Assembly: GCA_002689445.1 (NCBI GenBank)
Contig: NZGC01000084.1
Location: forward strand, 8,723-72,722
Reading direction: 5' to 3'
Length of the DNA stretch: 64,000 nucleotides
Source of the DNA: Gammaproteobacteria bacterium
GTDB taxonomy: Bacteria > Pseudomonadota > Gammaproteobacteria > Pseudomonadales > Azotimanducaceae
Notes under the pieces: model-generated
What the model was told of the DNA's origin: nothing
The model's input: the letters and a program-made list of their open reading frames with translations, nothing else
Database searches by the model: none
In this document: positions 38,924-48,106 of the stretch, one piece after another
Numbering within the stretch: position 1 is the first letter of the stretch
How the letters are laid out: every line of letters starts with the position of its first letter
Made by a program: the position numbers and the translations under genes

Positions 38924-39700
38924 TCAACTGCCTTTGGGATCGGGTTCTAGACCATTGACCCGGATCATTGCTTGCAACTCATCGACATAAGCCTGTCCGC
39001 GCTCCGAATAGCGGATTAATCCCGCAGCCAACTCAGTACCGGAAACCCGGCCAGATTGCGCCAACGCCTTGGCGCGAATCGAACGAAGAGACTCATAAGC
39101 TGGGTGACTGTTCAAGGTCAGCAAGTAATAGGCTACCCCCGCTGAAGGGGTCTCAAAACTTGCGACTTGGTGGGTCGTGCCCTCCGCCGCCGCCCTTGGC
39201 CTGACCCCGCATCCCTCGGTATAACACCACAATCCGAAGTAGTTATTTTGATTCAATGCAAATCGAGAGGTACCCCAACCTGATTCATTGGCCGCCTGGG
39301 CCAAAGCGAGGCTCTCTGGGATAGCGGCAATACGAACCTGTAACGCAGCGATCCAATCCTCCGGCTTCAGGTTGTCTCTATCAGGGACCCGATACTTAAT
39401 CGCTTTTGACCAAAGCCAAGCTTCCGTCTTGGCACTCAATGCCAGCGTTCGTCCGGGATCACCGATCAAGCTCAATAGTTGGTTACGCTCGGCATCAATC
39501 TCAGCATTTGCCTGCGCAATCGCCGGCCGAAGATAATCGAAAAACGCGGCTTTTTTACTGGCAACATCCTTAAATTCCGCAAAATTCGGTCTCACCTCGA
39601 GACGATTTTTCGCTGTGTCAGAAATATACTGACTGGACCAGAAAGCCAAAACCAGAACTGTAAGGGCAAGGGCGCCCAGCAAACTTAACGGTTTAATCAT
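38924..39700 (-). CDS. Glucosaminidase-domain protein (Bax/FlgJ-like muramidase)
   Basis: 258 aa with an N-terminal membrane anchor and 'AQAANESGWGTSRFA...NNYFG'. Confidence 0.75.
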   Translation of the reverse strand: MIKPLSLLGALALTVLVLAFWSSQYISDTAKNRLEVRPNFAEFKDVASKKAAFFDYLRPAIAQANAEIDAERNQLLSLIGDPGRTLALSAKTEAWLWSKAIKYRVPDRDNLKPEDWIAALQVRIAAIPESLALAQAANESGWGTSRFALNQNNYFGLWCYTEGCGVRPRAAAEGTTHQVASFETPSAGVAYYLLTLNSHPAYESLRSIRAKALAQSGRVSGTELAAGLIRYSERGQAYVDELQAMIRVNGLEPDPKGS

Positions 39701-39818
39701 GGTCTAAGCACTCGATAAGAAATGCCTTGGCATCTGCTTGCCTCGATGATCAGCCTGCCCAGGCAGCGAGGTATGCAATCAATGCTCACTACCCCCTTCA
39801 AGCCCCCTGCGCTTTCTT

Positions 39819-41336
39819 TCATCGTTTTATTCCTTCATCGCTCATCCCGGCTTCGATTGATGGCTGCCTAACTTGATTACTCTTGGCCGCATCACTTGAC
39901 CCTGATCGTCTCTCAGCGAGCAGCCCTTTGATCTGCGCGTGTCGGTCACGGTTGATACTATATCTCGCGTACAGCAGCACGCCCAATATGGTAAATACCG
40001 AGGTGGCGGGGCCGGCAATGAAGCCGAGCAGCCATACGATTTCGCTGTCGACTGTCCCCATCAATGCCCCTCTCGGGAAAGCAATCACATCAAGCAAGGC
40101 ACCGCCAAAAATAAGCCCTAACGAACCGGTCGCTTTTACCGCAAAGGAGCGGGCCGCAAAAATCACGCCTTCGCGCCGATACCCTGTGTCGAGTTCATGT
40201 TCGTCGGCGATATCGGCGAACATAGAATTTAAAGTTGCAAAGATAATGGGAGCCAATGCCGCAGTGACTAAGCCGCTGACAATGAGCAACGCTAGCAGCG
40301 CCTCACTACCTTTGTCGGGAAACCAAGCAACTCCGGTTAGCGACAATACGATCGGAATATTGATATTGACGATAACCACCAATGCCGAGACGATTAACGT
40401 CATTTTTTTGTCGAGCCAACGGGTAATGGGCGGCAACAGCAGGACCGATAAGCAAAGCCCCACCAATTGCGCCAAAGGAATCCATCGCAATTGTTCCGTG
40501 GTTAATCCCCAAAAGTGGAATCCCATAAAAGGATTAAATACACCCTCGACTGCGAGCACCATCGTACTCAACATCATGCCAAAAAAAATCGCCCGAAAGG
40601 ATCGATTCGCGAACGCTGCCTTAAACTCAGCAAACAGTTCACTCAAGTGCATCCGATTCTCAGGTAAGGCATCACTTCGAGCAACCAACCGAGGCACTTC
40701 TCGCCAGGTCCCCAGAACACAGACCAAGATCGAAACAATCATCACAGCGCCAGCTGAAAGAGCCCAGGGTTGGTAAGCTTCCTGATTCAACAAAGCAGGG
40801 TTAAAGGCTTCTGTGGTGGGAAAGAACAACGTATAAGACACCGGTACCACTAGGGCTCCGCCCAAAAACCCAAAAAACGTGCTCATCGAGTACAACAAGG
40901 ACCTTTGATCGTAGTCTTCGGTAAGCTCGGCTCCCAGTGCCAAATGCGGTACGTGATAAAGCGTCAGGGATCCGCGCACCAAAATCGCAAAAATCAAAAG
41001 CCAAGCGAAGTAGGCCGCTTCCGAGAATCCGCTGGGCGGATTAAATAAACAATAAAAGCTGATGGCTAACGGCAAAGCGGCAATCAGTATTAGCGGATGT
41101 CGACGTCCGTAGGGTGTGCGTAACTTGTCAGAGAACGAGCCGACGATCGGATCAGATACCGCATCGAACAACAGTGCAATCGCCAGCGCGATTGAAGAAA
41201 GGGTGGCCGAAATACCCAACACTTGATTGTAGTAAAACAACAAGAAAACGTTGAATCCAGAATTTTTAACCGCCTCGGACAATTGACCGAAACCGAAACT
41301 CAGGATCACAGAACGTTTAAGCTTGTGAGATGCCAT
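39819..41336 (-). CDS. MFS transporter, glycoside-pentoside-hexuronide (GPH) type
   Basis: 505 aa with 'DAVSDPIVGSFSDKLRTPYGRRHP', the GPH/MelB-like loop motif. Confidence 0.8.
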   Translation of the reverse strand: MASHKLKRSVILSFGFGQLSEAVKNSGFNVFLLFYYNQVLGISATLSSIALAIALLFDAVSDPIVGSFSDKLRTPYGRRHPLILIAALPLAISFYCLFNPPSGFSEAAYFAWLLIFAILVRGSLTLYHVPHLALGAELTEDYDQRSLLYSMSTFFGFLGGALVVPVSYTLFFPTTEAFNPALLNQEAYQPWALSAGAVMIVSILVCVLGTWREVPRLVARSDALPENRMHLSELFAEFKAAFANRSFRAIFFGMMLSTMVLAVEGVFNPFMGFHFWGLTTEQLRWIPLAQLVGLCLSVLLLPPITRWLDKKMTLIVSALVVIVNINIPIVLSLTGVAWFPDKGSEALLALLIVSGLVTAALAPIIFATLNSMFADIADEHELDTGYRREGVIFAARSFAVKATGSLGLIFGGALLDVIAFPRGALMGTVDSEIVWLLGFIAGPATSVFTILGVLLYARYSINRDRHAQIKGLLAERRSGSSDAAKSNQVRQPSIEAGMSDEGIKR

Positions 41337-41485
41337 CCATTACAACTCTAAAAATCTCGCGCCAGTCTCAAGGAAATTCCTCGGGAACACAATCCCTCAA
41401 CAGCAACATCAGTGCTTGCCCCTGCAAACCAGCGTCTTCTGCACCGCCGGTCAAGCTCGTCAGTTGCGACTGGCAGGCACCTTGA

Positions 41486-42784
41486 TTAGCTCAAACCAGT
41501 GATCAAAATCAGCATCACCGCGATTGGCACAAGGTACCGCAGCAAACCATGCAGGCAACGAAATTGCCAGGGTTTTGAAAAGCCAAACTCTTCAGCCAGA
41601 ACCAGAGGAGACAACACCCAGCCAGAAAATATTGCAATCAATAGCCCACCCATGGGCAACATGATTTGATTGGATAGAAAATCTACCAGGCCGTTAGCAT
41701 CGAGCCCAAACAAACGTTGGTCAGCGAAGTGGCTGTAGGTCAAGATACTCGCAATCGAAACACCCATTAGCGACATCACCACTTGGAATACACTGATTTT
41801 TCTCGAGCGGCCGGTGATTCTTGACCAGGTGGCGACCAATGGCTCTACAAACCCCACCATGGAGGTAATGGCAGCCACAGCCAGGAGTAAGAAGAATCCG
41901 GTGCCAATCACAATGCCGGCTGGCAATTGACCGAAAGCAATGGGGAGCACCTCAAATATCAATCCCACACCGCCAGCAGGATCGAGACCATAGCGAAACA
42001 CCAAGGGAAAAATCATAAGACCCGCAAGCAGTGCAATCGCTGTGTCAGCGATGATGATCAACACGCTAAAACGGGCAATCGATTGCCCTTTTGGCAAGTA
42101 GGCCCCAAAAATCATCATGCCAGCCAGTGCCACGCCAATCGAAAAAAAGGCTTGGCCTATCGCCGCCAAAAACACAGATCCATTGATTTTTGTAAAATCG
42201 GCTTCAAACAGGTAAGCCCATCCCTCCCCAAAGCTCGGATCCGTCGCATTGTATATGACCAAGCCTACCATCAACAAAAACAACATCGGCATTAACACTC
42301 GCACCGCTCTCTCGATGCCGTTCACCACCCCCAAAGCGATAATCATTCCAGTCAATGTCAAGGCCATTGCCATCCAGAAAAACATCACGCCAGGACTGGC
42401 GAGCAGGCCATCAAAGTATTGCTCGGCACCCATTTGATCCATCGTAACGAAGGCGCCATTTGCTGCGGACCAAAGGTAATACAGCACCCACCCTCCGACG
42501 GTTGCATATGTCGCCATCACGAGGAAAGCGGTTCCCAAATTCAAGTGGCCAACCCATGACCAACGACGGGATGCTGAGGACTGTAGGGCCAACGCCGCGA
42601 AGGCTAATGGCGGATCGCCTCCCCCTCGTCGACCCAAGGCAATTTCTGCCATGACAATGGGCAACCCAATCAATAGCACACAACCCAAATAGACCAGCAC
42701 GAATGCCGCACCGCCATTTTCCCCGGTGACATAAGGAAATCGCCAGATGTTACCCAAGCCAATCGCAAAGCCCACCGCCGCCAT
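41486..42784 (-). CDS. Sodium-dependent transporter, NSS/SNF family
   Basis: 'GLGNIWRFPY' lies at residues 9-18 of the ATG-initiated ORF. Homolog-like sequence (…TFKTPFGFL) continues upstream in frame with no ATG, GTG or TTG, so the true start is unresolved. Confidence 0.85.
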   Translation of the reverse strand: MAAVGFAIGLGNIWRFPYVTGENGGAAFVLVYLGCVLLIGLPIVMAEIALGRRGGGDPPLAFAALALQSSASRRWSWVGHLNLGTAFLVMATYATVGGWVLYYLWSAANGAFVTMDQMGAEQYFDGLLASPGVMFFWMAMALTLTGMIIALGVVNGIERAVRVLMPMLFLLMVGLVIYNATDPSFGEGWAYLFEADFTKINGSVFLAAIGQAFFSIGVALAGMMIFGAYLPKGQSIARFSVLIIIADTAIALLAGLMIFPLVFRYGLDPAGGVGLIFEVLPIAFGQLPAGIVIGTGFFLLLAVAAITSMVGFVEPLVATWSRITGRSRKISVFQVVMSLMGVSIASILTYSHFADQRLFGLDANGLVDFLSNQIMLPMGGLLIAIFSGWVLSPLVLAEEFGFSKPWQFRCLHGLLRYLVPIAVMLILITGLS

Positions 42785-42997
42785 CAGAAAACCGAAGGGC
42801 GTTTTAAAGGTTTCTTGTTTGATCGTGTTTCCCCTTTTTTGCTGCGAAATCTACTGTCCAACTACCGTTACAGCTACTGTGACCGCGCTCAACCGACATG
42901 AGCCGAGCCCAAGTCATTCGCGTACTGTACGAAATGCAGACCTTCAAGTACACGGCTTCATCATTTAGGGGCTTATAATGGGGAACCGGCCACTACT

Positions 42998-43026
42998 GCT
43001 TGAATTCCCTCTGGTAGCCCCCATAA
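42998..43026 (+). promoter_or_regulatory. Sigma-32 (heat-shock)-type promoter upstream of htpX
   Basis: CTTGAA (42998-43003), a 15-nt spacer, then CCCCATAA (43019-43026), compared with the consensus CTTGAA-N13-17-CCCCATNT. It lies about 27 nt upstream of the htpX ATG, and GAAGGAG sits in between. Confidence 0.45.
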
Positions 43027-43052
43027 CTTAACCCAGCGAAGGAGTTGCTCAC

Positions 43053-43937
43053 ATGTTTCGAATACTGATTTTTACCGCGGCCAATTTCGGCATCCTGTTG
43101 GTTATGGGTATCGTTTTCCAAATCATTGGCCTCGACATTTTCTTGATCCAAACTGGCGCAGGCTTCAACACCACTGGGGTTATGGCCTTTGCGGCTTGCT
43201 TTGGCTTTGGGGGCGCATTTGTTTCCCTTGCGCTTTCTAAATTCATGGCCAAACGCGGGATGCGGGTGCAAATCATTGAATCACCCAGTAATCAAACTGA
43301 GCGCTGGCTCGTTGAGACCGTACATAACCAAGCCAAGAAAGTCGGTATTGCCCCCCCAGAAGTTGGTATTTTCCCGCAACCCCAACCCAATGCCTTTGCC
43401 ACCGGCATGACACGCAACTCCTCCCTAGTCGCTGTGTCCACGGGACTGATGTCAGCCATGGATCGAGATGAAATCGAAGCCGTACTCGGGCACGAGGTTG
43501 CTCATATCGCCAACGGCGATATGATCACCATGGCTTTACTACAAGGGCTACTCAATACGTTTGTTATCTTTTTATCGCGCTTGGCCGGTTTCCTCGTCGA
43601 CAAACTTCTGCTGAAAAACCAGCGATTGGGCATCGGATACTTCGTGACATCAATTGTTGTCCAAATCCTGTTGTCCTGCGTCGCGACGGTCATCGCGCTG
43701 TGGTTTTCCCGCCGGCGAGAGTTTCGGGCTGACGAAGGCGGCGCTCGACTGGCGGGCAAACGAAAAATGATCAGCGCCTTGAAAAAATTGCAGCAAGTTA
43801 GTGAACCTGATGATTTGCCCGGTGAATTTGCGGCCTTTGGTATTTCAGGAAAACGTCAGGGTTTCAGTCAATTGTTTTTAAGCCATCCACCCCTTGAAGA
43901 TCGAATCAGCCATTTGAACCAAGCTAAAATTTTATAA
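43053..43937 (+). CDS. htpX: Membrane zinc metalloprotease HtpX
   Basis: 294 aa with 'HEVAHI' zinc motif, TM segments and 'EFRADEGGA'. Confidence 0.93.
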   Translation: MFRILIFTAANFGILLVMGIVFQIIGLDIFLIQTGAGFNTTGVMAFAACFGFGGAFVSLALSKFMAKRGMRVQIIESPSNQTERWLVETVHNQAKKVGIAPPEVGIFPQPQPNAFATGMTRNSSLVAVSTGLMSAMDRDEIEAVLGHEVAHIANGDMITMALLQGLLNTFVIFLSRLAGFLVDKLLLKNQRLGIGYFVTSIVVQILLSCVATVIALWFSRRREFRADEGGARLAGKRKMISALKKLQQVSEPDDLPGEFAAFGISGKRQGFSQLFLSHPPLEDRISHLNQAKIL

Positions 43938-44004
43938 AGCATTGAGCCCAACTTGAGAGTTCGATAGGGTTACGCATCGAACCCAAGCTAAAGGCTATCC
44001 TCTC

Positions 44005-45162
44005 ATGGCAGAAACTACCGCCTTGACTGACATTCGTTTGGCAGTGCGCCAGCTCTGCGCCAAATTTGGAGAATCTTATTGGCTGGCGCTCGATAAGGAC
44101 CGTGGTTATCCCACCGAATTCGTCCAGGCCTTGACCGAAAGCGGATTTCTGACGGTACTTATTCCTGAGGCCTATGGCGGCTCTGGGCTCGGGGTCTTTG
44201 AGGCCTCGGTGATTATGGAAGAAGTCTGTCGGTCTGGCGCCCATGCTGGTGCTTGTCACGCCCAGATGTATGTCATGGGTTCCGTGCTACGGCACGGCAA
44301 TGAAACCCAAAAAAAGCACTATCTCCCCAAAATCGCCTCGGGAGAACTCCGGTTGCAGAGTTTTGGTGTCACCGAACCCACTACAGGCACCGACACCACC
44401 AGCCTCAAAACCACCGCTAAGCGTGACGGTGATGATTATGTGATTAATGGCCAGAAGGTCTGGATCAGCCGAATTGAACACTCGGACCTTATGGTTTTGC
44501 TCGCCCGAACCACGCCGAAGGAAGAGACTCAAAAGAAAACCGAAGGTCTCTCTGCATTTATTGTGGAAGTTGGCAAAGCCGTGGGTCAAGGTCTGGAGAT
44601 ACGGCCCATCGATTCAATGATCAACCACCACTCATGCGAGTTATTTTTTGATGATCTTCGAATTCCAAAAGATAACCTCCTCGGCAAAGAAGGCCAAGGC
44701 TTTAAAGTCATCCTTGATGGCATGAATGCGGAGCGAATTCTCATTGCCGCTGAATGTGTCGGTGATGGCCGCTACTTCATCGATAAAGCCAGTGCCTATG
44801 CCAGCGAGCGAGTCGTTTTTGATCGCCCCATTGGTCAAAATCAAGGCGTGCAATTTCCCATTGCCCGAAGTTATGCCGAAGTCGAAGCTGCCTGGTTAAT
44901 GGTAGAGAAAGCAGCTCACTTGTTTGATGCGGGAGAACCCTGTGCTGCCGAGGCCAATATGTCAAAAATGTTAGCTTCTGAGGCCTCTTGGCGAGCAGGC
45001 GATGTGTGTATGCAAACCCATGGAGGTTTTGCGTTTGCTAAGGAGTATCACATCGAGCGAAAATTCAGAGAGACGCGGCTTTACCAGATTGCGCCCATCT
45101 CAACGAATTTGATCTTAAGTTACATTGGTGAGCATGTGCTCAAAATGCCTCGCTCGTTTTAA
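44005..45162 (+). CDS. Acyl-CoA dehydrogenase
   Basis: 385 aa with 'GVTEPTTGTD' and 'HGGFAFAKEYHIERKFRE'. Confidence 0.9.
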   Translation: MAETTALTDIRLAVRQLCAKFGESYWLALDKDRGYPTEFVQALTESGFLTVLIPEAYGGSGLGVFEASVIMEEVCRSGAHAGACHAQMYVMGSVLRHGNETQKKHYLPKIASGELRLQSFGVTEPTTGTDTTSLKTTAKRDGDDYVINGQKVWISRIEHSDLMVLLARTTPKEETQKKTEGLSAFIVEVGKAVGQGLEIRPIDSMINHHSCELFFDDLRIPKDNLLGKEGQGFKVILDGMNAERILIAAECVGDGRYFIDKASAYASERVVFDRPIGQNQGVQFPIARSYAEVEAAWLMVEKAAHLFDAGEPCAAEANMSKMLASEASWRAGDVCMQTHGGFAFAKEYHIERKFRETRLYQIAPISTNLILSYIGEHVLKMPRSF

Positions 45163-45222
45163 AGCCAGGTCGTCCGATAGGATCTAGGCTAGCTCGCGTC
45201 GGCGAAGCGGCTCAAGCTCCGT

Positions 45223-46035
45223 TCAATTGATCACAGAAACAACCGCGCCAGCGTGGAGAGACCCTGGTTGTTCCACGGTGCAGTAACTACCGAAAATAAC
45301 GCCGCCGGCATAACCATCGGGTAAACGTCGGTAGGAACTTAATGTCCGCAAGGGTTCTTTGCTGGGCTCAAGCCCATCGAGATGTTGGTCAAAAGTGGTT
45401 ACGGCACATCGCTCGCAAGCCGTGATGACCTTGAGTTTGAGTCGCTCGCAAACTAGGCCCTGCAACTCATCTTCTTGATAAGGCGATAAACCAGAGATAA
45501 CAAGATTGGCTCTGAATCGATCCATCGGTACGGGCACATCAAGCTTCGTATTGAGGTCATCAAGCGAGGCCTGATTGACCACTAAAATAGGCGCCACATC
45601 AACCATTTTAGACTGTCCGGCAGACTTGAGTGCGGAAAAAGCAGGAATCGGCAATATCACAGGTTCTGGTCCTTGCGCTCGTGCCAATCGCAGGGGCGTA
45701 CCAAATGCAGATGACAACCAGTGAGCAACCGATGGCCCCATATCGACTCTACCCACCGTTCGACCAATCATATCGAGTGGCGCTTCGTCGGCCATTTCCT
45801 CGTTTGGTACCTCAAATGTTGATCCTTCGCGAAAACTTAACGTGAGTCTCGATCCCGACCATCTGGCTGATAAATGCTTAAGATCTGGCAGCGATTTTTG
45901 TCCCATCGGCACGCCCTTTGAGGTCACTACAAACTCTCGATCACCTTTAAAGCCCTCTGTGGTAACATCCACCGCGTCCACCTGTTGACCCTTACAACCT
46001 TTAATCGGGTATATCCAAAGACTATCGACCAACAT
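45223..46035 (-). CDS. MOSC domain protein (MOSC_N beta-barrel + MOSC)
   Basis: 'LWIYPIKGCKG' N-terminus and the conserved Cys region 'ITACERCAVTT'. I moved the start to ATG 46035 (MLVDSLWIYP...). Confidence 0.8.
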   Translation of the reverse strand: MLVDSLWIYPIKGCKGQQVDAVDVTTEGFKGDREFVVTSKGVPMGQKSLPDLKHLSARWSGSRLTLSFREGSTFEVPNEEMADEAPLDMIGRTVGRVDMGPSVAHWLSSAFGTPLRLARAQGPEPVILPIPAFSALKSAGQSKMVDVAPILVVNQASLDDLNTKLDVPVPMDRFRANLVISGLSPYQEDELQGLVCERLKLKVITACERCAVTTFDQHLDGLEPSKEPLRTLSSYRRLPDGYAGGVIFGSYCTVEQPGSLHAGAVVSVIN

Positions 46036-46074
46036 AAATCTTTCCTTTATCCAATTTACCCATGCTAAACGACC

Positions 46075-46845
46075 ATGCCAGAAACTTCTAATCACCCTAG
46101 CGTTATCATCAATGATCGCTTTCGCGGCCCACCGACTTCGGGTCACGGCGGTTATGTGAGCGGTGCACTTGCCGACTTTGCAAAGCCAATATCGGGCGAG
46201 AGTGCCGAGATCACCCTCAGAGCGCCGGTGCCTTTCGATACGCCGCTTTTGGTTGAAACTGATTCATACACGCCTTTGCTACAACGAGCGATAGCTGGGA
46301 ACACCCTCATCGCAGAAGTCACAACAAAACCCTTCACCTGCGAGGTTCCGCCACCCCCCAGTTGGGCGGCCACGCGGTCTGCTGCCCAAGCAACCGCAGC
46401 TCTAAAACCTAACCTTAACCCTCTACTGCCAGGTCAACGGGGTTTTCACCCAATTTGCTTTTGCTGTGGACCTGAACACAGCGATGGCCTGCAAGTTTAT
46501 GTCGCCCCCGTCGAGAAGCAGGTCGCAGGACTCTGGCAAACGAAAGCGGCATGGGCCGATCATGAAGGCCTCATACCAGACATCCTGTTGTGGACCGCGT
46601 TGGACTGCCCCGGACAATATGCCTTTTTTGCCGAAGGCATCAAAACGGGGCTGTTAGGACGCATGACGGCCCAGATTGACAAGCGACCTGCCGCCGGCGA
46701 GACGTTACAAGTAACCGCCTGGACCATTTCCATCACAGGCAAAAAACATCTCGCAGGCAGCGCGATCTTTGATCAAAAACAACAATTGGTGGCCTATGCA
46801 CACACCCTTTGGATTGGCAGGCAACCCTCAAATTCGATCGGCTAG
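46075..46845 (+). CDS. Hotdog-fold (thioesterase-like) protein, uncharacterised family
   Basis: 256 aa with 'GPPTSGHGGYVSGALA' and 'CFCCGPEH..GL', which resemble PaaI-like hotdog proteins. This is a weak assignment. Confidence 0.45.
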   Translation: MPETSNHPSVIINDRFRGPPTSGHGGYVSGALADFAKPISGESAEITLRAPVPFDTPLLVETDSYTPLLQRAIAGNTLIAEVTTKPFTCEVPPPPSWAATRSAAQATAALKPNLNPLLPGQRGFHPICFCCGPEHSDGLQVYVAPVEKQVAGLWQTKAAWADHEGLIPDILLWTALDCPGQYAFFAEGIKTGLLGRMTAQIDKRPAAGETLQVTAWTISITGKKHLAGSAIFDQKQQLVAYAHTLWIGRQPSNSIG

Positions 46846-47468
46846 GCTGGCAACCCCTGCATCTGAATCCAAGCATTTCGACCCACCGTAAAGGCCGAAC
46901 GTGAGAAGAGGATCAGTAACAAAATACCCACGATCAGATCGGGGTACCCGGACCCTGTAAGATAGACCAATCCAGCGGTTGCCAATACGCCCAAACCTTC
47001 CGCCACATCGTTACGGGAACACTCCCAAACTGAGGCCATGTTCACGTCATCTCTACGATGGGGCGTTAGCAACGCAAGGCAAACACTATTAGCGAGGAGG
47101 TTCGCAAGCGCCGCCGCGGTCATGATGCCAACCAGCGGTGGCGGTGGGGTCATGCCCCGAGAGAGCAATTGCGCGAATACAGCAAAGGCAGCGACACCGA
47201 TCAAAGCACTTTTGAACAGGGCAGCCCAAGCCTTCGCGCGTGGTGAAGCCCTCACCACCGCCAAACTGACAAGATAAGCTAACGCGTCGCCCAAATTATC
47301 TAAAGTGCCAGACAGCAACGCTGAGGATCCACTCCCAACTGAGCCGGCAACCATCATGGCGAAAGTCGCGAAATTGATCATCATCACCCACAACAAGACG
47401 CGTCTTTGGGCATCTGCCAACTGTTCGATGGCCACATTTCCACCACATCCACACTGCCCCGTCCCCAC
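46842..47468 (-). CDS. Cation diffusion facilitator-like transporter (membrane domain only)
   Basis: 208 aa with about 5-6 TM segments, 'D.LGDALAY' and 'D..ASV.EC..D' CDF-like metal-site motifs, and a Cys-rich N-terminus (GQCGCGG). GTG start. Its stop overlaps the convergent gene's stop in CTAG. Confidence 0.65.
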   Translation of the reverse strand: MGTGQCGCGGNVAIEQLADAQRRVLLWVMMINFATFAMMVAGSVGSGSSALLSGTLDNLGDALAYLVSLAVVRASPRAKAWAALFKSALIGVAAFAVFAQLLSRGMTPPPPLVGIMTAAALANLLANSVCLALLTPHRRDDVNMASVWECSRNDVAEGLGVLATAGLVYLTGSGYPDLIVGILLLILFSRSAFTVGRNAWIQMQGLPA

Positions 47469-47595
47469 ACTTAGCTCCGTACTCAGTTTTAGAAACCTTG
47501 ATCATAACGGTTTTCCCGCCCACCCTCTATACGTTGTCTCCATCTCCGAATTCAGATACAAAGGGACTCAGAAAACATTACAGGAAGGCCGACCG

Positions 47596-47832
47596 GTGAA
47601 ACCTCTACGTCAATCAATTTTTGCTTCCCCCCTCGACACCTGGGAAAGCATCGCGGCAAGGGTTCTAGGTGACTTGAATCAGGATGCCGCGGTCGCTCAG
47701 CTCCAAAGCTGGAATTTACATATCTTCGCGCGCAGAGTGCTTTCAGAGGACGGCCAACTCCAACAGCCGATTCTACCGAGCGATATCGTTTTTGTTGAAC
47801 CCCCTGCCGCCGCAATCGTCGCAGCCGACTGA
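47596..47832 (+). CDS. Small hypothetical protein (78 aa), possibly LysM-like
   Basis: This is the 3' part of track ORF 47305..47832. GTG 47596 is preceded by AGGAAGG with a 7-nt spacer. The region upstream of it is antisense to the CDF gene. 'SPLDTWESIAARVLG...ILPSDIVFVEPP' loosely resembles LysM or tail-protein-X type folds. Confidence 0.4.
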   Translation: MKPLRQSIFASPLDTWESIAARVLGDLNQDAAVAQLQSWNLHIFARRVLSEDGQLQQPILPSDIVFVEPPAAAIVAAD

Positions 47833-47833
47833 A

Positions 47834-48103
47834 ATGGATGCCCAAATTTCAGAGGTCCGTCTCGCAGCAGCGCATGAGGGCATGGCCGAATTGATCGTCA
47901 CCCTAAGATACGAAAATGGCGGCGAGTCACACATCCCGCTGGCTCCTGACGCAAGTCACATATTAATGCGACGCTGCGCAGCAACTTCTGCAGAAGACCT
48001 GATAGGTCACAACTGGACATCGGTTAGAGATGCTTTGACCGAAGCCTACAATCCCATGACTACTACTGTTCACGACGCCGAATCAGGCAAGAGGAGACCC
48101 TAA
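47834..48103 (+). CDS. Small hypothetical protein (89 aa)
   Basis: ATG 47834 lies one nt after the preceding TGA (TGAAATG). The ORF ends 3 nt before the amidohydrolase ATG. I recognise no family. Confidence 0.4.
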   Translation: MDAQISEVRLAAAHEGMAELIVTLRYENGGESHIPLAPDASHILMRRCAATSAEDLIGHNWTSVRDALTEAYNPMTTTVHDAESGKRRP

Positions 48104-48106
48104 CCC

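Noticed and set aside
39883-40776. 297-aa plus-strand ORF inside the GPH transporter gene
   Set aside because: It is antisense to a clear 12-TM transporter and is a Ser/Ala/Thr/Asn-rich low-complexity translation. This is a typical shadow of a hydrophobic-protein gene.
42923-42939. TACTGTACGAAATGCAG resembling a LexA SOS box
   Set aside because: CTG and CAG are separated by 9 nt rather than the required 10, and the right half-site is poor.
47305-47595. 5' portion of track ORF 47305..47832
   Set aside because: This part is antisense to the CDF transporter's N-terminus and to the intergenic region. A GTG with a good ribosome-binding site at 47596 gives a more sensible 78-aa gene.
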